In this document: positions 43,385 through 56,631 of the stretch, in pieces | Position numbering within the stretch: position 1 is the first letter of the stretch | Layout of the letters: every line of letters begins with the position of its first letter | Origin: Eledone cirrhosa | Taxonomy: Eukaryota | Direction: 5' to 3' | Length of the DNA: 64,000 nt | NCBI GenBank assembly: GCA_964016885.1 | Contig: OZ024742.1 | Span: 193,874,001 to 193,938,000 of the forward strand | Made by a program: the position numbers and the translations under genes | Notes under the pieces: generated by a model | What the model was told of the DNA's origin: nothing | Databases searched by the model: none | The model's input: only the letters and a program-made list of their open reading frames with translations

Positions 43385-44073
43385 CACATAAATATAATAA
43401 AATCTTAAACCCTAACACTATTCGACTTTCATATTCAACCGCCCCTAATATTGAACAACATATAAAAAAGCTTAACGCAAAACGGTTGTATAAACGCCTT
43501 CCAACACATAACAATACACGTAAAACATTAGCTATAACATCACAAAACAACAAACAACATCCTGTCCTACATAAGCAACCTCATCAACCCATCCATGACA
43601 ATACAACAACGCAAAATTATAATTGCAACTGTGTCCAACCAGGAATGTGTCCGTTGAACAATCAGTGTCTTGAACGCAACATCGTATACAAATGTACTAT
43701 CGAATCGGATAGACAGAAGTGGTACTATGTGGGATCTACAGCCACCTCCTTCAAATCACGCCTTTATAGACATCGTTACTCGATAAAACATGAAAACCAG
43801 CGTTATGTAACAACACTCGCAGACAAGGCTTGGCAGCTGCGTGAAAATAACCAGCAATTTCACCTAAAATGAGATATAATAGCGGCTGCCCCCCCCCCCC
43901 CCCCCCCCCCCCCATATTCCCATGGTCAGGAATTTTGTAAATTATGTAATGTAGAATTATTTTGTATTATGTAATTCAAAAACATTTTATTAAGTAACAG
44001 AATAGAGCGATCGTTATACTGTAACCATCGCTTAAAATCTACATTTTCATATTATAAATACTACCAGGATTGA
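43385..44073 (+). pseudogene. Inverted duplicate of the GIY-YIG end of the ORF
   Basis: Near-identical to 40586-41271; carries TGG>TGA at 43870 and other lesions. Confidence 0.9.
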
Positions 44074-44814
44074 ACGCCTGTCTCTATCCCCGTTTGATTG
44101 TCCAAATAGATATTAACATTCTTTATTAGTCTTAATTCTATCAACTCTTCTATTATTTACCTTTTAATACAAACTGCTATAGATAAAATGAGATTTCTGA
44201 TTTCTTGATTCAATTCCCTAATGCATATACCAGCTGGCTACTAGCATTGATGTTATTTAGTAGCAATCGAAATCTCCCCTTCCCCAATTGACACTTTATA
44301 ATTAATACTACTGCACCAAATGACCAGCCCTGTCCACTGTCCAGTTGGTCAAGTAGAGATTAAAATTGGCACTCCCAAAATTCTTATTTAGATTTACTCA
44401 TGGTATTCTCATTAGAAACCCATTATATACTTGTTTAGCAGTAAATTAATTTACCATCTGTCATATACTATCCCCTCTGTTTCTTCCTCTATTACTAATA
44501 TAAATACTTCAATTTTTCTGATTTTATCCAATTTATCCAAAATCTCTGAAGAAGTGTCAACTGATTCTACATTTGCTATCGAATACTTGCTAACATTATA
44601 TGATTACGCAAGCAGCGATACATAGGTATTCCGTCTGTTACAGAAACATATGTCAATACCTAATAAATTCCTTTTTAAAAAAAGCACTTTCATTTTATAT
44701 TCATCCTTTCTACATTTTCTCCGGAATATAATTTATACTCGTTGAGCAATCCTGCACGTACGCTGTTCATCTCTAACGTAACGATATATTATCACTACAT
44801 TATTGATAACCTGA

Positions 44815-44852
<38 letters not shown>

Positions 44853-44911
44853 GAATATATGCATATATATACATGTGTATATATATATGTATATATACAT
44901 ATATATATGTG

Positions 44912-44951
<40 letters not shown>

Positions 44952-45023
44952 TATTGACGCTACAGTCACTTATATATCATGGAGTGCTGTTGGCTTTACG
45001 CTGTAGTGTTTTCTATACATTTC

Positions 45024-45080
<57 letters not shown>

Positions 45081-45085
<5 letters not shown>

Positions 45086-45480
45086 ATATTAAATAAATTG
45101 AAACTATATTTATTAAACCATATTTATTATATTACATATATTTCATTGGTACGCTTTCATCAGATAAACTACAAAGAGTGTTTTATAAATGTTGACATAG
45201 ACAAGGAAACATATCTTAGGAAAATTCAACGAATAAGATATGTTTCCTTGTCTATGTCAACATTTATAAAACACTCTTTGTATTTTATCTGATGAGAGCG
45301 TACCAAAGTTGTTGTTACTCTTGATATATATATAATAGAATAAATATGGTTTCATAAATATAGTTTCGGTTTATTTAATATCATTGAATATTTACTCCAG
45401 AAATTTGTCGAGTGCTCTGAATCAGTTATAAACAGTTATATTTGTTGAATTTCCAACAAATTAAATATCCCTTCTACTTA
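45081..45480 (+). mobile_element. Fold-back element, family D (decayed HHR plus tail)
   Basis: Arms about 45081-45218 and 45233-45386; CTGATGA at 45289; tail TACTC-N12-GAGTGC. A minus copy with short arms lies at 50403-50602. Confidence 0.85.
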
Positions 45481-45638
45481 TATATATATATAAGATTAAA
45501 ATACTAGAGTGCGTTGGAGTTCAACACACTCCTCGTATAACAGAAATGACAGTAAATGTATAGCTCAATGTAATTCAACAGAGCCGTAAAATTATAAAAA
45601 ATAAACAAAGAAGCCTTCAATACATCAAAAGTTTTTAT

Positions 45639-45683
45639 TAGCTGACAGTGTTTCGTCCCATTAATAGGGACTCATCAGAGCAA
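45639..45683 (-). ncRNA. Type I hammerhead ribozyme
   Basis: GCT-CTGATGA-GTCCCtattaatGGGAC-GAAAC-ACT-GTC-AGC. Confidence 0.9.
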
Positions 45684-48320
45684 GTAAAGAAACAAGAAGC
45701 ATTAACGGCCATAACAATCCAAAACTCAGAAGAACAGGGAATTTATATCTATGAAACTTAGGTAAGACAACATGGAAAGATATACTAAAGCTAAAAGTGT
45801 GCATTTGCAAATATAGACTATAGGGTTAGAGAGCGAGTAACATGTCAAACACTATGGTATTTATTAGTAGGAGGGAAATTTTTCTCTAAAATAGAAAAGA
45901 AATACCTCGAGATTTGTTCTAATAGACACGATAGGCGCTCTGAACGTTCACCCAGTGGTAATGTTTTAACGGCTTCTAATAGTGTTAATTCAACTGGTCC
46001 TCCTATTAACCCTGATCTTATTAATAGGATTCAAGATAGAAATAGAAATAGTAAAGGTAAGAATAGGAGGAGGCTCAATACTTACTTTAACCCGCCTTAT
46101 AATCATGAAGTATTAACTAATATCCCTTGGTATTTCTTTTCTATTTTAGAGAAAAATTTCCCTCCTACTAATAAATACCATAGTGTCTTTAATAAGAATG
46201 TAATTAAACTCTCCTTCTCTACCACCCCTAACATTAATTCTCATCTAGCTAGCACTAATAATAGGAAAATTAGGGACAGCTACTGCTCTCTGCTTACCAC
46301 TAATCTAGATAGCTCTAATAACAACTTACCTCCCGAGCAGATGTTATCTTCTAATAACCCTAGGAATAATGCATCGCGTAATCAGCTAATCACTAGTACC
46401 CGGAAGTGTAACTGTAGATTAAGTAATAACTGCCCTTTAAATGGTCACTGCCTATCTAGGAATATTGTTTATGCATGTGAAGTTAAGACTAATTCTTCTT
46501 GTAGAACATGTATAGGCTCCACATCTAATAATTTTAAAACTAGATTTAATTAACATGTTTCAAATTTTAAGCATATCAAGTTTAAGAACTCTACTTCTTT
46601 GGCACACCATATATGGGATTTAAAAGGGGCTGGTACACCATATAGCCTAAATTGGCGTATAGTAGCACAATCTAATCACCTTTCAACACACGCTAAATTC
46701 TGTAATCTTTGTATCTTAGAGACACACTCTATAATTTTCTCTAGGAACTTATTACTTAATAGAAAATCTGAAATATTTTCGTACTGTCCGCATGCTATTT
46801 CTAATTCCTTCTTCTATTATAGACCTAAAAACTCTGGTAGTTTAAACCGCATCCATTAGCTGCTATATTTCCTTATCTCTTTGGTTTTAGTTCATTATTA
46901 TTACCATTATTAGTTTTCTACGGTTTTTCGTTTTTAGTTTTCATAGTCTTTTTAGCTATCTTACCCTATCTATCATCTTAACCATTATTACATTTTTACT
47001 CACCATTGTCGCCTTATAAGTTACTATCTTTATTTTCATCCCTGGTTGGAGGGTATCTTATTGAATAGTTTAATTTTAGTCTCCCATATCTAGGGCTAAT
47101 GAACCTTGTCCTTCCTACTCCTAATATTCGCCTTATTGATTATATATTAATTTTTACTTTTATGCTCCTTCCTACCCTCCATAGTTTCACTTCTTCCTGT
47201 TCCCATTGGTCTACCATAGTTTTATTTAGAGTTTTTTTTCTTTGATAACGTTATTCGTCCGACTGATCGTAATATATCCTGATAGATCTCTTAGCCTTTT
47301 TATTGAAATATCTTGATTTTATTCGACTTTGATGAATTTTAGTATTAATTAATTTAAAAAGGTTTTTAATTCAATTCTTCGATTTAGAATAGTAATATTT
47401 TCTATATTTACCTAATGACTTGTAACGCCTACCTGTCTGTGCGTATCTTTATTTTTGTTCTTCGTTTTTATTTTATTTATTTATTTATTTTTTTACTACC
47501 ACATGCTGTCTGTTTTCCTATCATCTGTTATTATATCCTGGTATGTCTATTTGTATTCATCGCGTAAATATGTATTAAGCATGTTCCATTGATTCTGTGT
47601 GTCTGCTATTGTAATATTAACATTAATATGTCATATTATTTTTTTGTAATTGAATTATAAATATTTGTCCGATATTGAGGTACTGTTTTGTAATATTTTA
47701 TGAATTTGAACTGCCGATGCCTCTGTATATTATATATATTTATATATATTTTTTCACCATACTTTTATTTGATATTTTTTCTTACCCTGTGAAAAACTTT
47801 ATATACGATTTGTTGACCTTAAATGATACGTATGATGTAGTTGTATATATTTTTTAATGTCAGTATATTATTCCATTGTTTTTGGTATTGTTTATGCACA
47901 CCGTCAGGGTGGTTATTCTATTATAATGAATATTATAAAGAGTATATTTAAATATTTAAATAAGTGTTAGTATGTGTTTGTGTAAATGTGTATATATATG
48001 GATATATATATATATATATACATATATTAAGCTTTTTATTTCTTATTATCCATTATATTGTATTCTATATCATATTATAATTCTTATAATTCTCACATTG
48101 TATTACCATGTTGTGTTTCAAGTATTTGTCTTATACTGTACTTTCAACGTAGGTTTGACATGTTACTCGCCCTCTAACCCTATAGTCTATATTTGCAAAT
48201 GCACACTTTTAGCTTTAGCATATCTTTCCATGTTGTCTTACCTAATTTTTCATAGATATATATTCCCTGTTCTTCTGAGTTTTGGCTTGTTATGGTCGTT
48301 AATGCTTCTTGTCTCTTTAC

Positions 48321-48365
48321 TAGCTCTGATGAGTCCCTACTAATGGGACGAAACACTGTCAGCTA
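48321..48365 (+). ncRNA. Type I hammerhead ribozyme (canonical)
   Basis: TAGCT-CTGATGA-GTCCCtactaatGGGAC-GAAAC-ACT-GTC-AGCTA. Confidence 0.93.
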
Positions 48366-48507
48366 ATAAAGACTTTTGATGTATTGAAGGCTTCTTTGTT
48401 TATTTTTTATAATTTTTATAGTTTGTATAATATATATATATATATGAAAAAGAACACAAGAGCGTCGAAACGGTTTGAGCTCAGCTGTCGGGGTCTTACT
48501 GGTTCCT

Positions 48508-48539
<32 letters not shown>

Positions 48540-48769
48540 ATACATATATACATATACATATGTATCTATGGGTTATATGTAACATTAATAATAATGTTCG
48601 ATTTGTCTCTAAACAGAGGCCCGATTTGAAGGTTTGTTCAACACTGGTTTTGAGGAACGGTCAACATATTTCTGGGTCATTAACTTTCTCCACGACTGTA
48701 TACCTCTGGCAGCGTGTTGAAGAACTGAAAATATATAGTATTTTCTTAAGTACATATCGGCTGACTACT

Positions 48770-49065
48770 TCAAACGTTCAATCAATTGACAGGCAGGTAT
48801 ACGGTGCTGATGACAGCTAATAAACTAGAAACTAGTTTATCGTTCCTTTGAGAGTGTTGAACAAAATGGCAACGATTGTTGCCGAACACTGTACGGCTAA
48901 TAATTCGGGTTGTTTGTTAACAAACAAACCGAGCATTCTAAGAATTGTTCGGTAAACCCATACGTACATATATATATGTGCATGTATGTATGTATATACA
49001 TGCTACTGTACGTCTGTATACACATATTTAAGTATCAGCCGTAGTAAGAGTGAGAAATGAAATTT

Positions 49066-49072
<7 letters not shown>
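48770..49072 (+). mobile_element. Diverged family G copy
   Basis: GGTATACGGTG-CTGATGA-CAGCTAATAAACTA-GAAAC-TA-GTT...AAGAGTGAGAAATGAAATTTC-(TA)n. Confidence 0.75.
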
Positions 49073-49111
<39 letters not shown>

Positions 49112-49122
<11 letters not shown>

Positions 49123-49990
49123 CATTATCGGAGAAAGCTTTTAGCGACACTCCGGCCAAATCCCAACTCACTCAACAAACATTAGGAAATAAGTGAGTAT
49201 ATTCCTAATTAAACGTTCGGGGTGCTAACTAATTGTATCGCGTGGAAAATTTGCTGTATTATTTCATATGAGACATATCGAATATATCTCTTCCCAGACG
49301 GACGTCTCGTTTCATTATAAGATTCCTACAATTTGGGTGAAATTATACCAATTTATGTAGGAGCTTGTATATGATCAACAGATACATATTCAAGTGGGCT
49401 CTTATAATTCTTCAGTGGGCGGCCAATAATACTAATATTGATAATCAAATCAATATCAGTATTTAGCGATAATCACCATAAGGGCTTAAGGTATCTGTTA
49501 GGTTGCTATTCCAGGAGTTCTAAAGAAATACTCAAACTGATTCAGAAATGAGGAAGTAGATTACCGCCAAAATAAAACAATAGATGTGCAGGACAATGAA
49601 TTCTAAAAGGAATTCAGGCCACGTGCTAGAACTCAATTGGAATTTGAAAAAAAATCCATGTGTGTACATGGTTTGATGACACACATAGATATTTTCTCGG
49701 GAAAAATAACAGAATGAGATACAAGAAACAATCAATATTCATATATAAAAAAAATAAACAAAGAGAGTCAAACCTTATATCGGGAAGTTCATATCTGTTG
49801 CACCAAGAGTGAAAAAATAAATACACTATCGGAGAAAGCTTTTAGCGATACACCGGCCAAATCCCAACTCACTCAAAAAACATTAGGAAATAAGTGAGTA
49901 TATTCCTAATTAAACGTTCGGGGTGCTAACTAATTGTATCGTGTGGAAAATTGGCTGTATTATTTCATATGAGACATATCGAATATATAT
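49112..49990 (-). mobile_element. Family N: monomer of about 701 bp with a direct terminal redundancy of about 175 bp and an HHR
   Basis: ATCGGAGAAAGCT at 49127 and 49828; HHR at 49293-49419; TACTC...GAGTG motif in the repeat. An inverted partial copy lies at 57198-57550. Confidence 0.85.
49293..49419 (-). ncRNA. Type I hammerhead ribozyme (family N)
   Basis: CCCA-CTGAAGA-ATTATAAGA...TCTTATAAT-GAAA; stem III ACG/CGT; GUC triplet; TGGG. Confidence 0.85.
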
Positions 49991-50001
49991 ATGTATATAT
50001 C

Positions 50002-50082
<81 letters not shown>

Positions 50083-50596
50083 TAAAACATGTCTATATAA
50101 TCACCAGATAAAATATATACCATTTCCGCTCCCAATTATATATGTATATATATATATATATATATATGTGTGTATGTAGCCCCACATTCATTTATACATA
50201 TGCGCATAGATACATATACGAATGTACGCATACTCACATATATATTTGTGCGCATACATGAGAGCATGTATACACACATACATGTGTGCATACATATATA
50301 CATATATATAAATGTATATACACAAACATATAAAAATATATATATACACACACACATATATACTCACATATATACACACATGTATGTATATACATATATA
50401 TATAAGCAAAAGGGGTATTCAATTTGTTGGTAATTCAACAAATATAATTGTTTATAACTGATTCAGAGCACTTGACAGATTTTATGGAGTATAACATTCA
50501 AAGATATTAAATAAATGGAAACTATATTTATAAAACCATATTTATTCTATTAGAATAAATATGCTTTTAGAAATATAGTTTCCATATATTTAATAT

Positions 50597-50647
<51 letters not shown>

Positions 50648-51140
50648 ATTAAATAAATGGAAAACTATATTTATAAAACCATATTTATTTCATTATATAT
50701 ATTTCGGGGATATCATATTAACAATATGCTATGCCTTCATCAGACAAAATACAATATAAACAGTTTTATAGATAAATATATTCGACATACCGTAATAAAC
50801 ATCAACTTCATTTGAAGAGGTTCACTCTAGCAGTGAAAATACAGAGAGAAAGAAAGAGAGAGAGAAAAGAGGGAAATAGGAAAGAAAGAAAGACAAAACG
50901 AAGAAAAGGAAGAAAAAAAGGAAGAAAAAGAAGAAAAAGAAAAAGAAAAAGAAGAAATGCATGGGACAAAATAGAGAGATGGAAAAATAGATAAAGCGAA
51001 GAGCTTCATGTAAAGAGACAGAAAGATATATATATATATATAGAGAGAGAGAGGAAGTAGAGATAGATACATATATAAATATAGATATAGAAAAATTAGG
51101 TAGTGGGAGGTCATTTTGAGTAAGTGTATCAATGATGCAT

Positions 51141-51179
<39 letters not shown>

Positions 51180-51789
51180 GCTCAAGTATTAATGTAAGGG
51201 AGATATATAGAGAGATATAGAGAGATATAGAGAGAGAAAAAATTCAAAAATAGCCAGACATATTCGAGGCGTAGAGAACCCTATGTTTTAATGTATTAGT
51301 ATTTATAAAACTTACACTATATTGTAAATATCAGTATTCCTGAATGAAACAAGTATTCACAATGCGTGAAAATTCATTATCTTATGTTTAGTTTTTTAAA
51401 AAATTCATATGTCTATGTGAATCCAACTGATTCACTCCGCAAATTCAAAGTTACCGGAAAACATTCTCAATGTGGTATAAAAATTTGAGCGTATTATTAT
51501 TCTTGCGATTACTCTACAAGATTATCTATCAAGCAGAAATAGAGAGCAGATTTCAATATACTAATCGAAAATATATATTATATTATAAGCAGAGATAACA
51601 ATAATAATGATAATAAGTAAAAATATATAAAAATATAAAAATATAGAATAGAAAACTAAAAGAGAATATTACGAAAGAATATTACATAATAAAAATATTG
51701 CATATTAAAAATACTACGTATTAAAAATATTACGTATTAAAACTTTACATATAAAAATATTAAAAATAAAAATTTACATATAAAAATAT

Positions 51790-52030
51790 TAAAAAATATT
51801 AAAAATAAAAATAAAATAAAATAAAAAATAAAAATAAAAATATTATAGAATACTACAATACTAAAAGAATAAAAATAAAAATAAAAATAAAAAATAAAAA
51901 TAAAAATAAAAATAAAAATAAAAATAAAAATAAAAATAAAAATAAAAATAAAAATAAAAATAAAAATAAAAATAAAAATAAAAATAAAAATAAAAATAAA
52001 AATAAAAATGAAAATAAAAATAAAAATAAA
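51790..52030. repeat. (AAAAAT)n hexamer array
   Basis: Directly visible; source of the poly-IF and poly-YF ORFs. Confidence 0.95.
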
Positions 52031-52772
52031 CCACAAAGAACAACCCTTCAAAGTTAATTGACAATATATTGCCAAGTTCACTACAAGACAAAGCCAAAAA
52101 TTATCTATCAAATCACATCTAGCAAGGAATATCGCAAAAAAAGATTATGATGTCCAATAATGTCTACATATGCTCCTATATTTAATATATAAGTTTATCA
52201 AGTGTAAGGTTAATTCAAAAAATTTGGAGCATCGGCTTTTAGGGTAGCTTAATTTTTCATGAGGAATGTTTAGATAAAAATATTCTATATTCTATATTCT
52301 ATATTCTATATTTTTATATTTTTATATATTTTTACTTATTATCATTATTATTGTTATCTCTGCTTATAATATAATATATATTTTCGATTAGTATATTGAA
52401 ATCTGCTTTCTATTTCTGCTTGATAGATAATCTTGTAGAGTAATCGCAAGAATAATAATACGCTCAAATTTTTATACCACATTGAGAATGTTTTCCGGTA
52501 ACTTTGAATTTGCGGAGTGAATCAGTTGGATTCACATAGACATATGAATTTTTTAAAAAACTAAACATAAGATAATGAATTTTCACGCATTGTGAATACT
52601 TGTTTCATTCAGGAATACTGATATTTACAATATAGTGTAAGTTTTATAAATACTAATACATTAAAACATAGGGTTCTCTACGCCTCGAATATGTCTGGCT
52701 ATTTTTAAATTTTTTCTCTCTCTATATCTCTCTATATCTCTCTATATATCTCCCTTACATTAATACTTGAGC

Positions 52773-52807
<35 letters not shown>

Positions 52808-53203
52808 ATGCATCATTGATACACTTACTCAAAATGACCTCCCACTACCTAATTTTTCTATATCTATATTTATATATGTATCTATCTCTACTTCCTCTCT
52901 CTCTCTCTATATATATATATATATCTTTCTGTCTCTTTACATGAAGCTCTTCGCTTTATCTATTTTTCCATCTCTCTATTTTGTCCCATGCATTTCTTCT
53001 TTTTTTTTTCTTTTTCTTTTTCTTCTTTTTCTTCCTTTTTTTCTTCCTTTTCTTCGTTTTGTCTTTCTTTCTTTCCTATTTCCCTCTTTTCTCTCTCTCT
53101 TTCTTTCTCTCTGTATTTTCACTGCTAGAGTGAACCTCTTCAAATAAAGTTGATGTTTATTACGGTATGTCGAATATATTTATCTATAAAACTGTTTATA
53201 TTG

Positions 53204-53269
53204 TATTTTGTCTGATGAAGGCATAGCATATTGTTAATATGATATCCCCGAAATATATATAATGAAATA
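53204..53269 (+). ncRNA. Type I hammerhead (mirror copy at about 50683-50750, minus)
   Basis: TATTTTGT-CTGATGA-aGG..CATATT/AATATG..CC-GAAA-TATAT-ATA-ATGAAATA. Confidence 0.7.
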
Positions 53270-53397
53270 AATATGGTTTTATAAATATAGTTTTCCATTT
53301 ATTTAATATTGTAAATATACTCCAAGTATTTGTCGAGTGCTTTTATATCAGTTATAAATATTTACTAGTTGTAACCCAACAATTTTAAATATAACTT

Positions 53398-53443
<46 letters not shown>

Positions 53444-53447
<4 letters not shown>

Positions 53448-54728
53448 TATGTAGACGTACATACATATATGTATACAGACGTACAGTAGTATGTATATAT
53501 ATATACATACATGCACACATATATATATGTACGTATGGATTCACCGAACATTTATTATAATGCTCGGTGTGCTTGTAAACAAACATCCCGTATTAAGCCG
53601 TAGTGTCCAGCAACCATCGTTGCTCGTTTGTTCAACACTGACAAAGAACGCTGTACTACTTTCAAGCTTATTAGCTATCGTATACCTTCCTGCCAGATTG
53701 TTGAACGTATCTACTTATGCATATTAACGGCTAAGTAGCCCAATTTGTATATCGAGTGGGTTAATCGGCCGGGTGCATCGAAAACGATAAACGGAAAAAA
53801 TGAAACGAAATTTCATTTCCCACTTTTAGTACGGCTGTTACTTAAATATAAGTATGTAGACGTATATATATATATGTATACAGACGTACAGTAGTATGTA
53901 TATATATATACATACATGCAGACATATATATATGTACGTATGGATTCACCGAACATTTATTATAATGCTCGGTGTGCGTGTAAACAAACATCCCGTATTA
54001 AGCCGTTGTATCCAGCAACCATCGTTGCTCGTTTGTTCAACACTGACAAAGGAAGGCTGTACTAGTTTCAAGCTTATTAGCAACGTATACATTCCTGCCA
54101 GATTGTTGAACGTATTATATAATTATAATAAATGTTCGGTGAATCCATACGTATATATATATATATGTGTGCATGTATGTATATATATACATACTACTGT
54201 ACGTCTGTATACATATATGTATGTACGTCTACATACTTAAATTTAAGTAACAGCTGTACTAAGAGTGGGAAATGAAATTTCGTTTCATTTTTTCCGTTTA
54301 CCGTTTTCGGTGCACCCGCCCGATTAACTCACTCGATATGCAAATTGGGCTACTCAGCCGTTAATATGCATAAGGTAAGTATATACGTTCAACAATCTGT
54401 CAGGAAGTTATACGTTGCTGAGGATAGCTAATAAGTTTGAAACTAGTACAGCGTTCCTTTGTCAGTGTTGAACAAACGAGCAACGATGGTTGCTGGACAC
54501 TACGGCTTAATACGGGATGTTCGTTTACAAGCACATCGAGCATTATAATAAATGTTCGGTGAAACCATACGTACATATATATATATATGTGTGTGGATGC
54601 ATGTATATATATATATACATACTACTGTACGTCTGTATACATATATGTATGTACGTCTACATACTTATATTTAAGTAACAGCCGCACTAAGTGTGGGAAA
54701 TGAAATTCAGTTTCATTTTTTCCGTTTA
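53444..54728 (+). mobile_element. Family G: tandem monomers in fold-back arrangement
   Basis: Minus arm 53444-54115 (period about 405, HHRs with deletions). Plus arm 54120-54728 (period 420) has an HHR with CTGAGGA at 54412-54454. Confidence 0.9.
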
Positions 54729-55006
54729 TATATATATATATATAATTAATTAACAGTTATGTTAGAAGCGACGTGCGGACGGGCAGCCAGAGGGAGATAT
54801 TAAAAGGGCGCGACGTTGTAGCTATCTATCTATCTAAAAAAGAAAGAGAGATGAATGTCGTATTATATATAGTATATATAATAAAGTACCGCTAGTGTAC
54901 TGAAATAACTGCTGGCAGTGTGCCAAAAGTATGCTTCTTTTTTATACAACTGTAAATAACATGTTTATGTACAAATGTACAAATTAAAATGTCTCTTATT
55001 TATGAT

Positions 55007-55069
<63 letters not shown>

Positions 55070-55430
55070 TATCTCCAAAGATATACGGTCTTAGAAAGCC
55101 GTAGCTATGCAAACGCCGGGGGGGGGGGGGCTACCGCCCTCAGTTGAAGTCTAGCAGATGCAAGAGTGACAACCGTCTATGCATTTCAGGCTTAACTGGC
55201 CACCGTCCGGACGGTGCCTCCCAGCGCTTGCAACTGCTCGACTAGAAGACAGGCGAGAATATATAGTTTTCTCGTCTGTGTAAATGAGGTGATTAATCTC
55301 ATTTGCCTATGAATCTGCATTATTTGGCTCAACTTATAATAAAAAAGAAATAGGATTTCGCTTCATACAATAGCTTTATATATTTATTCTAGCCTTTCTT
55401 CTAATCCAGCAGTCGCAAGCGGTGGGAGGG

Positions 55431-55474
55431 ACCGTCCTGACGATGGCCAGTTAAGCCTGAGATGCATAGAGGGT
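55431..55474 (+). ncRNA. Hammerhead of family H (four copies, each with a core lesion)
   Basis: Consensus ACCGTC-CTGACGA-tGGCcagttaaGCCt-GAAAT-GC-ATA-GACGGT; other copies at 55172-55215 (-), 56476-56519 (-) and 56921-56964 (+). Confidence 0.75.
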
Positions 55475-55616
55475 TGTCACCCTTGTTTCTGCTGGACATC
55501 ACCAGAGGGCATTAGCCCCCCGGTGTTTGCATAGCTACGGCTTCCTAAAACCGTATTACTTTGGACATACGAAATATTTATACAAATTGCATAAAGCTAT
55601 GCTTGAAGCGAAATCC

Positions 55617-55655
<39 letters not shown>

Positions 55656-56279
55656 GTCTTTGCCTTCTCGTCAATATTCTCAAGTTCTTATGTTCAAAAT
55701 GAATTATTGACTTGATTTTCTCATTTTTTCCTCTCTTTACGTTGTCTCACCATTCTCCACCCAACTCTTTTATCCCAATAACTTAATTTAGTTATTGTAT
55801 CGCCCTAGCTTTAGGTTAGTAGACCACTGATGATGCATATTTCTGATTTCTATTTCTAATTCTCGATTTATTATATATATCCTATTACACAACACAGCTC
55901 GCCTTTTTTCATTCACATATATATATAGTATATATACAGTATATATATATACAGTATATATATATATATATATATAGATATATATATATACTCTATATAT
56001 ACTATATATATATGTGAATGAAAAAAGGCGAGCTGTGTTGTTGCATTAGGATACATATAATAAATCGAGAATTAGAAATAGAAGTCAGAAATATGCATCA
56101 TTAGTGGTCTACTAACCTAAAGCTAGGGCGATACAATAACTAAATTAAGTTATTGGGATAAAAGAGTTGGGTGGAGAATGGTGAGACAACGTAAAGAGAG
56201 GAAAAAAAGAGAAAATCAAGTCAATAATTCATTTTGAACATAAGAACTTGAGAATATTGACGAGAAGGCAAAGACACAA

Positions 56280-56322
<43 letters not shown>

Positions 56323-56631
56323 GAAATAGGATTTCGCTTCAAGCATAGCTTTATGCAATTTGTATAAATATTTCGTATGTCCAAAGTAATACGGTTTTAG
56401 GAAGCCCTAGCTATGCAAACACCGGGGGGGGGGGCTAACGCCCTCTGCTGATGTCCAGCAGAAGCAAGGGTGACAACCGTCTATGCATCTCAGGCTTAAC
56501 TGACCATCGTCAGGACGGTCCCTCCCACCGCTTGCGACTGCTGGATTAGAAGAAAGGCTAGAATAAATATATAAAGCTATTGTATGAAGCGAAATCCTAT
56601 TTCTTTTTTATTATAAGTTGAGCCAAATAAT

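Larger units (their letters stand above)
39947..44820. mobile_element. Naiad-type Penelope-like retrotransposon: full-length minus arm with pLTR joined to an inverted 3' copy with tail
   Basis: Minus arm 39947-43384, with pLTR 43077-43384 repeating 39947-40255. Plus arm 43385-44820 repeats the ORF end and 3' UTR and adds a tail. Inserted in (TA)n. Confidence 0.95.
45491..48420. mobile_element. Second Naiad-type element: minus 3' end with tail plus long inverted arm carrying a GIY-YIG remnant
   Basis: TYFNPPYN...KCNCRLSNNCPLNGHCL...CIGST...FKTRFN*H...WDLK...CNLC...LLN...CPH at 46080-46859. 45587-45850 is the reverse complement of 48153-48416. Confidence 0.9.
50642..53403 (+). mobile_element. 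2.7-kb fold-back element (long relative of family D) with inverted arms of about 1 kb, HHR and tail
   Basis: 50642-51650 is the reverse complement of about 52290-53313. The spacer holds an (AAAAAT)n array. Tail TACTC-N12-GAGTGC. Confidence 0.9.

Noticed and set aside
43870-43872. In-frame TGA in the Naiad GIY-YIG copy as a possible selenocysteine codon (some Naiads are reported to encode selenoproteins)
   Set aside because: The mirror copy has TGG at a conserved Trp and the Cys motifs use normal Cys codons. The stop at 46551 in the other element is TAA.
50812-50994. Lys/Arg-rich ORF resembling a basic nuclear protein
   Set aside because: Purine-rich low-complexity tract inside the inverted arm of a repeat.
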